Both the position numbers and the translations under genes were made by a program. From Candidatus Latescibacterota bacterium (lineage in GTDB: Bacteria > Latescibacterota > UBA2968 > UBA8231), in assembly GCA_965197905.1 (NCBI GenBank), contig CBDAOB010000005.1:1216001-1280000 (forward strand): 64,000 bases of DNA, read 5' to 3'. This document shows positions 18,288-28,152 of this stretch, one piece after another; the first letter of the stretch is position 1; each line of letters opens with the position of its first letter. The notes below the pieces were generated by a model. The model did not search any database and was not told where the DNA came from. It saw only the letters and a list, made by a program, of their open reading frames with translations.

Positions 18288-19430
18288 TCAGGGGAGGTCA
18301 CGCACACACACGTGATCGATAAATCGCTCGTAGAGATCCACCGCCTTGTGCAGCTGTTCTAGTAAAATCCACTCATCTGCGGTGTGGGCTTGCGCGATAT
18401 CGCCAGGACCCAGCACCACCAGTTGTGACATCTTCTTCACGTACGCCATTCCATCCGTTCCGTAAGACACCGTCCCCGCTTTGCGTTTCCCCGCCATTCT
18501 CAGGGCCGTCTGTACCAAGGGCGATTCCAGCGGAGTATAGAGCGGCAACCCGCCGCGGCGGATGCGGCATTTCAGTCCATTTTTTCGGGCACTGTCGGTG
18601 ATACGCCGGATTAGCGGTTCGGTATCGACTCCGGGCATGGGACGATAGAGAAGAAAACACTCGCTTCGTGCCGGATATATGTTGATGGCGACATTGTGGT
18701 CGTTGACGCTGATGTTCAGCTCGGAGTACGGCGGATCGAATTCCGGGTTGTAGTAGCGCTTGGACGTAAGCACCATCTTCCGAATCTTCAGGGCGTCACT
18801 CAGAAACGGAATCATCTTGAGGTTTGCGTTGACACCTTTGGTGGTGCTGGTATGAGCCGGCTTCCCCTTCGATGTCACCCAAGCCGAAAGACTGCCCTTG
18901 TGCGCGTGGACCACGCGCAGCATCGTCGGCTCGCATATGATTCCGTACCCTTCGGAGGCCTCCTTGAATAACCTCGAGTGCTGAACCACCTTCTTGGCGC
19001 CCGCCGCGTGGCGCTCTTCGTCACCCGTCACGATCAGATACAGCGGCGCCTTGAGATCTGCGGACTTGAAACGGGCAGCGGCGCAGAGGGTAGCGGCAAG
19101 CGGACCTTTCATGTCGCAAGAGCCACGTCCATACATTTTGTCGCCGGAGATCAATGCACGGTAGGGATCGCTGGTCCAGCCGTCCTCCATCGCTGCCGGA
19201 ACCGTATCGTCGTGACTCATGAGCGACAGGCCACCGGTGCCGTTGCCCAACTTCGCGATCATCGAAAGCTTCGGCGTCCCGAAGTCGTCCACATAAGGGA
19301 TCTCTTCGATCTCGAATCCCAGCTTGCTGGCGATTTCGATAACGTGCCGGGTGACTTCGACATTACTGGTGAGGCTGGGTGATTTGAATCCGACGAGATC
19401 TCGTGCGATTCGAATAACGTCCAGTTTCAC
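18288..19430 (-). CDS. M20 family metallo-deacylase (ArgE/DapE-like)
   Basis: 'SHDDTV', 'GRGSCDMKG', 'DEE', 'EPT', 'AHKG', 'YGTD', 'GPG...AHT.DE'; GTG start at 19430 with AGGAGG RBS. Confidence 0.9.
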   Translation of the reverse strand: MKLDVIRIARDLVGFKSPSLTSNVEVTRHVIEIASKLGFEIEEIPYVDDFGTPKLSMIAKLGNGTGGLSLMSHDDTVPAAMEDGWTSDPYRALISGDKMYGRGSCDMKGPLAATLCAAARFKSADLKAPLYLIVTGDEERHAAGAKKVVQHSRLFKEASEGYGIICEPTMLRVVHAHKGSLSAWVTSKGKPAHTSTTKGVNANLKMIPFLSDALKIRKMVLTSKRYYNPEFDPPYSELNISVNDHNVAINIYPARSECFLLYRPMPGVDTEPLIRRITDSARKNGLKCRIRRGGLPLYTPLESPLVQTALRMAGKRKAGTVSYGTDGMAYVKKMSQLVVLGPGDIAQAHTADEWILLEQLHKAVDLYERFIDHVCVRDLP

Positions 19431-19477
19431 ATGTCCTCCTTGCGAGGAAACGGCGAACAGACAGATGCAGAGGTGGT

Positions 19478-19521
19478 AAAACGGCGAGGGCCTGCTTCCC
19501 CACGGGTAAGCAGGCCCTCGC
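19478..19521 (-). terminator. Rho-independent terminator of the 19540..19977 gene
   Basis: 14-bp perfect inverted repeat GCGAGGGCCTGCTT...AAGCAGGCCCTCGC followed by CGTTTT on the minus strand. Confidence 0.8.
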
Positions 19522-19539
19522 AAACCTTGGACTTAATTC

Positions 19540-19977
19540 TCAGCCAGTGACGGCACCGTGAAATTCGGTCCAGTCTTCCAGGTTGTTAAGATTTACGGCG
19601 TCGAGGATCGAACCGTCGTCGCTGATGCCGGCGGCCGACAGGATTCCACCTCTGGTTCCGTCATCGTGATTATACCCTCTGATGGCGGAATTCGAGGCTT
19701 CGATCTCGCTGCTCGGAATGCTGCCACCACGCTGATCGAGGACCCACTTTTCGAACTGGGCGTAGGTAGGCAGGTTGTCTTTGATGTAGCTGATGGCGCT
19801 GTCGCGGTCGACCTTGAGGCCATCCAGCGCCATCTGATCGAATCCCTGTCCACACTCATCGTAGCTACTTTCCAGTTGGCCTTTGGCGCTCAACAGAACC
19901 TTCGACCACAATCGCGGCAGGTGGATAGCACCAAGCGGTCCTGAGAGATCCGAACTGATTAGGGGAATCTGTGCCAT
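19540..19977 (-). CDS. DUF5069-like protein
   Basis: 'GPLG..HLPRLW.K', 'G.D...L..L', 'PTY.QFE.W', 'N.L.DW'; strong AAGGAGG RBS. Confidence 0.7.
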   Translation of the reverse strand: MAQIPLISSDLSGPLGAIHLPRLWSKVLLSAKGQLESSYDECGQGFDQMALDGLKVDRDSAISYIKDNLPTYAQFEKWVLDQRGGSIPSSEIEASNSAIRGYNHDDGTRGGILSAAGISDDGSILDAVNLNNLEDWTEFHGAVTG

Positions 19978-20079
19978 GATAGTCCTCCTTTAGGTGGGTT
20001 GGGCAGCACTAATCGCGCCGATATTTGATGTAGGGTTCGTACTATAGCTTAGCTAGCGGTGCGTGTCAATCAAATCTCG

Positions 20080-21489
20080 TCATGAGCGGTCCGCACGCCT
20101 GGAGTGCCCTGCGAGCGAGCCCCAAGGGCCGTGTACTGCCAGGGTCATCCCCGGCCACTGAATGTTCACGAACAAGGTGGTCGCATCCGGGGAGAAAGTG
20201 GCTCCCGCGAACTCCGAATTGTTCATCGCATTGCGCGCAAACTTGTAGATGTTGCCTCCAGGAGTTACCCCAACCATGAACTGTTCCTCCGGGCCGTCCT
20301 CGCAAAGCAGCAGGTCGCCCCATGGCGATACCGCCAGGTTATCGGCGTTGTCCACCAAAGCGGAATCGTTCGGTTCGATGAAGAGTTCAAGGGTGCCCGG
20401 CTTCTCATCTTCTTCTGGGGAGCCCTCGTGGATGCTGGGTTCGTAGCGCCACACCTGCCCTTTTAGCGTCTTGCCCCCGCTAGTGCAGATAAAATACATC
20501 GCCCCATTACCATAAGCGATTCCTTCGCCCCGCGCGAAGCGGGCGGCCCCGTTGGCGAAACCCTGAAATCGGAGATCGTCGTCGGGTGCCTGCACGTTCT
20601 CGATGTCGATCCAGCGTACCGGTATTGTTGTGCCGGGCAAGACGTTCTGCGCCTCCCAATTTCTGGTGTCCAGGCTCTTCGCATCTCGTGTAGCGAGCGC
20701 CTGAAGTCTGCCGCCTTCGTGGAGAGCGCCTTGGCGGTGAGGAATAAAACGGTAGAAGAGACCATCGCCGCGATCCTCGGTTTCGTAGACGATCCCGGTA
20801 TTCGGATCCACCGCCACCGCTTCATGTACGAATCGGCCCATGGCTTTCAAGGGGTTGGGCGTGGTGACGCCACGCTCACCTGCGGGAACCTCAAAGTTGA
20901 ATCCGTGATCCTGCTCGAAGGTCTCTCCCGATCTTTGCGGCGTCTCCTCGCAGCTTATATAACTGTTCCAGGGGGTTGGGCCGCCGGCGCAATTGCGCAC
21001 GGTGCCGGCGAGGCTCAGATGGTGATGCTCGAGGCGGCGAGATCGCGTGTTGTAGGTCATGGTTGTGGTCCCGCCGAGACATGGCAGCGACCGGCGACCA
21101 CCGTCAAACAGGGCTTCCCAGGGACGGCCAGCCAAGAGTTCGTTGCTGTCGCCGAACGCTCCATTGCCCACCGATCCGGGGGTCAGCTCGTGGTTGCAAA
21201 TCAACATGGTGTTCTCGCCGGCTCCGGCAAAGGCGGCCATTCCATCCTGACCAGCCGGCACCAGCAGGCCGTCGTCCATCTGGCGCCCGGCTACCGAGAC
21301 AACGCTGTAATCGAAGCCCGGAAGCAGGTCGACCACACCGATGGGGTCGGGAACAGGATCGGGAAACGGCAGGTTCGGAACGGCCTGCGTGGCGCTGCAG
21401 TAACCCGCTTCAACGAGGTGGCGCAGGCCGAGAAATCCCATCGTCGCAGCAGTGGAGGTTTTGAGAAACTGGCGCCTCGCAAGACTCAT
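20080..21489 (-). CDS. phoX: PhoX-family (DUF839) Tat-exported alkaline phosphatase
   Basis: Tat signal 'SLARRQFLK'; 'DGM', 'NHE', 'NCAGG.TPW...SCEE', 'MGRF.HE', 'TED', 'RGEG', 'DN', 'CED', 'SEF.G..FSPD..TLF.NIQ'. Confidence 0.88.
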   Translation of the reverse strand: MSLARRQFLKTSTAATMGFLGLRHLVEAGYCSATQAVPNLPFPDPVPDPIGVVDLLPGFDYSVVSVAGRQMDDGLLVPAGQDGMAAFAGAGENTMLICNHELTPGSVGNGAFGDSNELLAGRPWEALFDGGRRSLPCLGGTTTMTYNTRSRRLEHHHLSLAGTVRNCAGGPTPWNSYISCEETPQRSGETFEQDHGFNFEVPAGERGVTTPNPLKAMGRFVHEAVAVDPNTGIVYETEDRGDGLFYRFIPHRQGALHEGGRLQALATRDAKSLDTRNWEAQNVLPGTTIPVRWIDIENVQAPDDDLRFQGFANGAARFARGEGIAYGNGAMYFICTSGGKTLKGQVWRYEPSIHEGSPEEDEKPGTLELFIEPNDSALVDNADNLAVSPWGDLLLCEDGPEEQFMVGVTPGGNIYKFARNAMNNSEFAGATFSPDATTLFVNIQWPGMTLAVHGPWGSLAGHSRRADRS

Positions 21490-21551
21490 CAGTAGACTTG
21501 CCTTTCTGTCGGGATTTAATGTCGACGGTGTTAAATCTAAACACAAAGGTG

Positions 21552-23594
21552 ATGTCCAACCATCGCGGGGATCTGAGCATGGAGGGTCTGCAAAGCCGTT
21601 TTGAAGATGTGGACAACGACGGGGACCGAGAGGTAGTGGTGCAGAATCGATGGATCCGCGTAGAGCTGCGCGTTCCCCAACATCTCGGATACTCGTTCTA
21701 CAAGCGGCGCTTCACCTGGGGAGGCAGGCTGCAATCCCTGGTCTACAGACCGACAGGAACCGAATACTTTCTCACCCGCATGATAGATTTGGAAGGCATC
21801 AACCCTTTCGGCCTTCCCGACGAGTTGTTCCAAAGCTTCGAGTTTGACGACTCAGACGGCGAAAAACGAATCTTGAAGATGGGCGTGGGCATCTTCCGCT
21901 CAAAGGTCGGCGAGGATGGTTTCGAACCGCTGCCGTGGAGCTGGTATCAGGAGGAGGACGGGGATGAGCTGGTTGTCGCCTTTCGCCAGGACGTACGCGA
22001 TATAGGTCCTTACAGCTACGTTTACGAAAAACGATACCGGTTTCGTCCGGATGCCGCCTGGTTCGCCATGGATGTGACCCTCGAGAACCGCGGATCCGGC
22101 ACCATCGCCACTTCCTGGGACATCCACTCCTTTCATAAAGCCGGAGTGCCACCGAACACGTCCTGGCTGGTTGCGCCGAAAAACTGCTGGTCCAGCTGCG
22201 GTACCAGCCGGGTTCGCACGACCCTCAAGGAAGCGAGTCCCATAATGGCCACTCCGGAGACTCGCGAGATGGTGTCCGATAGGATCGTTTGGGACACCGA
22301 CGGAACGCCCTGGTGGTACGCGCTGGGGCCGGGCGACGGAGACGAATTCTATCTGCTGCGGGCGCGCTTCGAACCGTATTGGGGCATGTTCTGGGCGGGC
22401 TACGACGCGTTTACGCCGCAGGGGATCAACAACGTCGAGGTTCCGGCTGGCGATCGCGCCACCTGGGGATTTGACGTGACGCTCGGAGTGGGCGGCCGAA
22501 ACTTTGTTGCCGCCGCCGAGGATTCTGGTGTGACGATTGACCTGGATAGAGGCTCAGCAACGGTCTCCGTCCACGTGGCCTCCGAGCGCCAGGGAAAGCT
22601 GAGCGTTCAAGTGGCCGACCAGAGTGGACGATTACTCGCTCGCGAGCGCAGCGACAGGGCGGCACCGGAACGTCCGTTGACGTTGGATATAGACCTTCCC
22701 GATGAAGAGGACTTCTGCCAATTCGCCGTTACCTATGAAACTCCCTCGAGAATGCCGCTGCAGGTGGAAGAGATCCTGCCCCTGGGCCCGTCCCGACCCA
22801 CCTCCCATTTGCCGTTCGACGCCAGTGGTACCCGCGTTTTCGTGGCCGTGAGCCACGAGCTCGATCATCCCGAAGCGGATGGCCGATACCTGTGGTGTCA
22901 CGGCACCCAATCTGGTTTCGACGTTGACTGGCAAGGTAGTGGGCAAAGGATCCCGAGCGATATGACAGAGGTAGGTGTCGTCTGTCTGGTCGGCGACGCC
23001 TGGCCACCGACGGCGATCGACCGGCTCGTGCGATGGATTGAGTCTGGAGGGGGTCTGCTGCTGTGCGCCCCGTTTGGTGATCTTGCCTCCGGGCTTGGGT
23101 CGATCCTGCCAATGGTGCCCCTGGCAGCGCAGGACTCCGCGTTGCCCAGCACCCACGTCGTCCAGGGCACCGGGATGCCGCGGTACTCCGAAGCGGAATG
23201 GCGGGCGACCGAGGTGGGCGGGGAACTTCAGTTCGAGCGCCGGATCCACTGGGGCATCGAAGAGGTTGCCCCGGTCGTTGGCTTGCAGGCGGGCACCCCG
23301 CACCTGGTGGCGCGGAACCTCATGCTGGAACCTGACGCCAAGGTTCGCATCGGCCATTGGCAAGTCTGCCAACCCGGCCCCGAGTGTATCGTGCCTTTGC
23401 GTTACACCGATCCGGCGGGTAGTCCCGCCGTAGGCCTGGGTCAGATTGGTCTAGGCCGGGTAGCGGTGGTGGCGAGTCGCCCGGCCTGGGGCTCGCACTA
23501 CCACAAGGTCGTCTGGGATGGATGGGGACAGTACCACCGGGCGTTCTTTGCCGGCCTCATGGGTTGGCTCGCAGGTGTTTGGGAGGAAACATGA
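21552..23594 (+). CDS. Hypothetical protein: galactose-mutarotase-like N-terminal region plus class I GATase-like C-terminal domain
   Basis: Long ORF. The N-terminal 'RFTWGG...GLPDE.F...LKMGVG' region is beta-rich; the C-terminus has 'L..WIE.GGGLL' and 'G.GRVAV' typical of GATase-like domains. Start uncertain (21552 or 21579). Confidence 0.65.
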   Translation: MSNHRGDLSMEGLQSRFEDVDNDGDREVVVQNRWIRVELRVPQHLGYSFYKRRFTWGGRLQSLVYRPTGTEYFLTRMIDLEGINPFGLPDELFQSFEFDDSDGEKRILKMGVGIFRSKVGEDGFEPLPWSWYQEEDGDELVVAFRQDVRDIGPYSYVYEKRYRFRPDAAWFAMDVTLENRGSGTIATSWDIHSFHKAGVPPNTSWLVAPKNCWSSCGTSRVRTTLKEASPIMATPETREMVSDRIVWDTDGTPWWYALGPGDGDEFYLLRARFEPYWGMFWAGYDAFTPQGINNVEVPAGDRATWGFDVTLGVGGRNFVAAAEDSGVTIDLDRGSATVSVHVASERQGKLSVQVADQSGRLLARERSDRAAPERPLTLDIDLPDEEDFCQFAVTYETPSRMPLQVEEILPLGPSRPTSHLPFDASGTRVFVAVSHELDHPEADGRYLWCHGTQSGFDVDWQGSGQRIPSDMTEVGVVCLVGDAWPPTAIDRLVRWIESGGGLLLCAPFGDLASGLGSILPMVPLAAQDSALPSTHVVQGTGMPRYSEAEWRATEVGGELQFERRIHWGIEEVAPVVGLQAGTPHLVARNLMLEPDAKVRIGHWQVCQPGPECIVPLRYTDPAGSPAVGLGQIGLGRVAVVASRPAWGSHYHKVVWDGWGQYHRAFFAGLMGWLAGVWEET

Positions 23595-24886
23595 TCCGCC
23601 GGCGACATGGACTGTTGCTTCTCGCCATGCTTGCGCTTCAGGCTTCCGCCGGCGCGGAGTCCGAGGCGAGATTCGAATCACTCGGAGACTCGCTGGAAAC
23701 CCTGCTGACCGACAACCTGATTCCGTTCTGGTATCCGGGCGTCGTCGATCTAGCCCGCGGCGGTTACAGATTGAACCACGACAGCAGCGGGCGTTACCTG
23801 GGGCCTGCGGCGAAGCAGATCGAGAGTCAGGCGGGGACCTTGTGGTTCTTTGCACGTCTCGCCCGAAGTCCTTTCGGCACCGAGCAGCATCTTGCCGCCG
23901 CCCGGCACGGGTTTGAGTTCCTTCGGGATCGCATGTGGGACCGCGAGTTCGGAGGTTTCTTCTGGGAAATCGATTCGACGGCCGCGGTTGCCAGCAAACC
24001 CCACAAAGAGATCGGGGCGCAAGCCAGGGCACTTAACGCACTGTCCCAGTTCATTATGGCCACCGCCGACTCCAACGCGTCGCAGCTTGCCTCAGCGCTG
24101 TTCCGGCGTTTGGAACAGCATGGTTACGATCGAATACACGGCGGGTATCGCGAATTCTTCCGACGCGATTGGGGCGCCATGCCAGACCAGATCAGGTCGT
24201 ATTCGGGGTTGCGAACTGACGACAGATCGCTGCGGACTCATCTCCAACTCACCGAAGCCTTCGCGGCCTATTATCAGGTGACGGCGGACGAGCTGGTCCG
24301 CGATAGACTGATAGAGTTGATCCTGATACAGATCAACGCCATGGGTGATTCAAGCCTTACCTACGATCAAACCTGGCGGCCGCGCTCTGATCCTGAGAAT
24401 CGGGTTCGCTCACCAGGTCATGACCTAGAAGCTATCTGGGTGGTCGCGGAGGCGTGCCGCGCGGCTGGTCTTCCTGTGTGTCCGTTCGTTCCCCGATTCT
24501 CTCGAGAAGTCAGCCACGCGATCGAACGCGGTTTCGATCGAACAGACGGGGGGTTCGTATCATTCGTGCCCGGTCGGGGCCAAACTGGACACAAGGTTTG
24601 GTGGCAACAGGCAGAGGGGTTGGTGGCCACGCTTTACCTCTACAATCTCACCGGCGAAGAGGATTATTTGAACGTCTTCGTGGGCACCCTTGGCTGGATT
24701 CTGAACGCTCAAGCGGATCGCCGACGCGGCGGGTGGCATGCGATAGTGGATCGGGAAGCAGCCCTTGAAGAGAAAAAGGCGAGTACCCGAAAAACGCCCT
24801 TCGAAACCGGCCGAGCCTTGTTTCGAACACTGGAGATCGTCGAGGTCCTAGGCCGGGATGGAACGCCAAGCGGCGCAAAACGGTGA
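23591..24886 (+). CDS. AGE / cellobiose 2-epimerase family protein with signal peptide; catalytic motifs degenerate
   Basis: GGAGG RBS before ATG 23591; signal peptide 'MIRRRHGLLLLAMLALQASA'; 'PFW', 'D..GGY', 'GF.FL...MWD.EFGGFFW', 'GHDLE', 'KVWWQQAE'. Confidence 0.8.
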   Translation: MIRRRHGLLLLAMLALQASAGAESEARFESLGDSLETLLTDNLIPFWYPGVVDLARGGYRLNHDSSGRYLGPAAKQIESQAGTLWFFARLARSPFGTEQHLAAARHGFEFLRDRMWDREFGGFFWEIDSTAAVASKPHKEIGAQARALNALSQFIMATADSNASQLASALFRRLEQHGYDRIHGGYREFFRRDWGAMPDQIRSYSGLRTDDRSLRTHLQLTEAFAAYYQVTADELVRDRLIELILIQINAMGDSSLTYDQTWRPRSDPENRVRSPGHDLEAIWVVAEACRAAGLPVCPFVPRFSREVSHAIERGFDRTDGGFVSFVPGRGQTGHKVWWQQAEGLVATLYLYNLTGEEDYLNVFVGTLGWILNAQADRRRGGWHAIVDREAALEEKKASTRKTPFETGRALFRTLEIVEVLGRDGTPSGAKR

Positions 24887-24947
24887 TTTTCGAGGCAATG
24901 TGACCGCATTCAGGCCCCGTGGCAAACCGCGCATAATCAATTTGCGA

Positions 24948-24976
24948 TTGACAGGTCCGGACTTTGTAAGTATTAA
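24948..24976 (+). promoter_or_regulatory. Possible sigma-70 promoter for the cNMP-REC gene
   Basis: TTGACA-N17-TATTAA within an AT-rich patch. Confidence 0.5.
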
Positions 24977-25077
24977 TTAATAATACACTAACGACGAAAC
25001 AACAGACATTCCTGCCGCGGAATTTTCACTTATTCAGAGCTCCCCGCGGTCGGCAAGCGCGACGGAAAGCACCCTAG

Positions 25078-26040
25078 ATGGCACCGCCAGCCAGCGATAG
25101 TCTAATCAAGGTAATAGGCAAGATTCCTCTTCTCAGGGGTCTGTCACCCACCCAGCTACGTTCGATCATCGGAATCTGCGAGCATCGAGTTTTGAACGAG
25201 GGGGAGCTGCTTTGCAAGGCAGATTCGGCCGCCGACGAGATGTACATCCTGGTCGCAGGCGAATGTGGCCTTGTGGGAACGGAAAGCGAGATCATCAAGG
25301 AGATTGCTCCGGTTTCGACGGTTGGAGATGCGTCGCTACTAACCGGCGTCGGGCACCCAGCTAACATCCGGGTGTCGAAGCAAAGCCATATCTTCGCCCT
25401 GACCAAGTTCCAGCTAGACCGAACGCTGAGGCGCGACCTGGATATGCAGGTCAAAATCTATCGGAACCTGAGCGAAACTCTGGCTTCCTCTATGGGAAAC
25501 GAGGAAACCCTGCTCGAGGTGAACAAGAAGGAGAAGGACCGGTACGAGGTGCGTATCGCTTCCCTCGAGCGCCAACTCGGGAATCACACCCGCAAGATCG
25601 ACCTGGTCTTGGAACTGCTCGGGTCGCGTGCGGAGATGTCGAAGGACGAGGTCGATCTATATCTGCAGGAAAGGTTGAAAGACCTCGTGCCGCGGATTCT
25701 CGTGGTGGACGACGAAGCGGATTTTCGGCGATTTGCCAAGGAGGCTCTCGACTCCTTCTCCGTTTTGGAGGCCCAGAGCGGGAAAGAGGCCCTTCAGATC
25801 GTGCGCGAGGAACAGTTCGATCTGGTCATCGCCGACATCCGAATGCCCGAGATGGACGGATACTCGTTGCTGGCCAATCTGCGTACCTATTCACCGAACC
25901 TGCGGGTCGTGGCTGTGTCGGGTTACCTAGGGACCGAGGAAATCAGCGATTATGAATTCAATGGGTTCATCGATAAACCGATGGGGCCAGAACGTCTTCA
26001 GGAGGTGGTCGAAGCAACCCTCAAGCAGAACTACAATTGA
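25078..26040 (+). CDS. Cyclic-nucleotide-binding-like domain + coiled coil + C-terminal response-regulator receiver
   Basis: N-terminal 'IPLLRGLS...GELL..AD..ADEMYILV.G' (cNMP fold); C-terminal 'ILVVDDE...DLVIADIRMPEMDG...VSG...KP'. Confidence 0.85.
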   Translation: MAPPASDSLIKVIGKIPLLRGLSPTQLRSIIGICEHRVLNEGELLCKADSAADEMYILVAGECGLVGTESEIIKEIAPVSTVGDASLLTGVGHPANIRVSKQSHIFALTKFQLDRTLRRDLDMQVKIYRNLSETLASSMGNEETLLEVNKKEKDRYEVRIASLERQLGNHTRKIDLVLELLGSRAEMSKDEVDLYLQERLKDLVPRILVVDDEADFRRFAKEALDSFSVLEAQSGKEALQIVREEQFDLVIADIRMPEMDGYSLLANLRTYSPNLRVVAVSGYLGTEEISDYEFNGFIDKPMGPERLQEVVEATLKQNYN

Positions 26041-26118
26041 GGAAGGTAAGCGTACCTTCGATCAGGACTCCCAGAAGCCCCAACCACTGAGCTGTACTCA
26101 CAGCAACTCGATAGACAG

Positions 26119-28152
26119 ATGAAGTACCTGCTCACCGGAGGAGGTACGGGCGGTCACGTCTACCCGGCCCTGGCGCTCGCAGACGAGATCGCAGCTCGCC
26201 AACCTGCGGCCTCCTTCTTATACGTCGGCTTGGCAAGCAAGCTGGAAGCGTGGGTTGTCCCCAAGCGTGGATTCCCCATAAAGTTTGTGCGTTCTCGCTC
26301 CTGTCCCAGATCCACATCACCCTGGTCCTGGCTCGTCTTTTCTTTGACCCTGGCCGTCGGAATCCTACAGGCCTCCCTACTACTGCTGCGCTACAGGCCA
26401 CATCTGATCTTAAGCACGGGTGGCTACGTAAGTGCTCCGATAATGTTTGCGCACGGAATCCTCAAGAACATCGGCTGTTCACGCAGCAAGGTGTTTATCT
26501 TCGAGCCAAACGCCCATCCAGGGATGTTGAACCAGGCCGCCGGCAGGATGGCAGATCGAATTGGGGTCGCCTTTGAACAGGCGGGTCGATGGTTCGACAT
26601 GCGGCGGGTCGCAGTCGTCGGCTATCCCGTGCGGCGCGAGGTGTTGGCGTCGGATCGCGCGGTGGCCAGGAAGCGGTTTGGTATCCCACCGGAAGCGCCC
26701 GTCGTACTCGCATTTGGCGGATCGGGCGGGGCGCGGGCAATCAACGAAGCGGTGATCGATTCGCTGCCGCACCTTCTTTCCCGCCCCGAGCTCCATCTGA
26801 TACACATCACCGGTCAGTACAAAGGTGCAGACTATGACGCCGTGGCGGAAACGGCGGCGCGACTGGAGACTCTCTCTCTAGCTCCGAACCGCGCGGACAG
26901 ATACCACCGTTTCTCCTACATGGAAACGATTCAAGACGCCTATTCTGCCGCCGACCTGGCAATCTGCCGCGGCGGCATGGGCGCGCTTACCGAGATTGGC
27001 GTCTGCGGGTTGCCGTCCGTGATCATCCCATTGCCGTCCGCTGCTGAGGACCACCAGGCGATGAACGCGCGGGAGATGGAGAGAGCAAACGCGGCGCAGG
27101 TGATCTACGAAGAGGCATCGTGGCGCGAGGGCAAGATTTTCAGTCGTGTCGACGGCAAGCGCCTGGCGGCGAAAGTCACCGCACTGATAGACGACCGCGA
27201 GAAGCGCGTCGCCATGGGCAAGGCTGCTGCTACGCTGCCGCACAAGAACAGCCTCGATCTGATGCTTGCAGAGATCGAGAATCTCATTTTGGGGCGCCGG
27301 CCAGCACCTCTCACCTTAGAGTTTCCCGTTCGTGCGAAGTCGGTGCCTGAAGACCCCAATGCGCTGTTGCGCTGGGTGAGTCAGCGTATCGACGAAAGCA
27401 ATGACGTCAATGGCTTGGATCCGCGGGAATTGGCTTATCTGCGCCATCACGCGGACCGATTGTTGGTTTCCTCGGCATGGTACGAGACCCCGCTGGGCAG
27501 GCGGAATGTGGGGATCAAGCTGGTGGGCTACCTCCAGTATGTCGAGCATGTGCCGCTACTGCTGAGCATTCTGCAGGATCGAACCAGGGTTGGCCCGCTC
27601 AAGCGGCTGTTCGGAGGGGATTTTGTCCACGGTGGGTTCCTGCGGCGCAACGCCATCGAATTCGGGATTCGTAAGTTGGGTGTAGCGGACGAAACGGTAA
27701 AGGACGCGTTGATTCTCGCGTTGCGCGAGGATCCGTATTTTGAGGTGCGGGCTGTGGCGGCCAGAGCGCTGGGAGAGTTTATGGGCCCGTGCGTCGAGCT
27801 GGAAGAGCGCTTGGTCGAGGCGCTGGACGATCCCTATCCCGAAGTGGTCATCGAAGTGATTGGAGCCCTCGGCTCGATCGCTCGTCACGAGAAGGTCCTC
27901 GAGCACTTGCAAAGATTTTATTTGCACGACAGTTGGCAGATTAGACAGCGGGTAGTTGCTGTGCTCGCGCAGCTTCTCGAGCGCCGCCTCGTAGATCTAG
28001 ATGAGGTGGCGAAAAGCGCTGATCAAATTCTAATGACGTCCCCTTTCTTCAGTCCCCGTTTTCCCCTCAAACAGCAGCTGGACTCTCTATTCCAACAGCT
28101 TGAACGCGCTTCCGCGAGCCGGGAAAATCAACGGCACACTGCGGAACAGTGA
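26119..28152 (+). CDS. murG: MurG (lipid I GlcNAc transferase) fused to a C-terminal HEAT-repeat domain
   Basis: 'TGGGTGGHVYP', 'GGYVS.P', 'E.NA.PG..N', 'GYPVR', 'FGGSGGA..IN', 'DHQ..NA' in the first ~390 aa, then about 280 aa with HEAT/PBS-like repeats ('EDPYFEVRAVAARALG', 'DDPYPEV...VIGALG', 'DSWQIRQ'). Confidence 0.85.
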   Translation: MKYLLTGGGTGGHVYPALALADEIAARQPAASFLYVGLASKLEAWVVPKRGFPIKFVRSRSCPRSTSPWSWLVFSLTLAVGILQASLLLLRYRPHLILSTGGYVSAPIMFAHGILKNIGCSRSKVFIFEPNAHPGMLNQAAGRMADRIGVAFEQAGRWFDMRRVAVVGYPVRREVLASDRAVARKRFGIPPEAPVVLAFGGSGGARAINEAVIDSLPHLLSRPELHLIHITGQYKGADYDAVAETAARLETLSLAPNRADRYHRFSYMETIQDAYSAADLAICRGGMGALTEIGVCGLPSVIIPLPSAAEDHQAMNAREMERANAAQVIYEEASWREGKIFSRVDGKRLAAKVTALIDDREKRVAMGKAAATLPHKNSLDLMLAEIENLILGRRPAPLTLEFPVRAKSVPEDPNALLRWVSQRIDESNDVNGLDPRELAYLRHHADRLLVSSAWYETPLGRRNVGIKLVGYLQYVEHVPLLLSILQDRTRVGPLKRLFGGDFVHGGFLRRNAIEFGIRKLGVADETVKDALILALREDPYFEVRAVAARALGEFMGPCVELEERLVEALDDPYPEVVIEVIGALGSIARHEKVLEHLQRFYLHDSWQIRQRVVAVLAQLLERRLVDLDEVAKSADQILMTSPFFSPRFPLKQQLDSLFQQLERASASRENQRHTAEQ

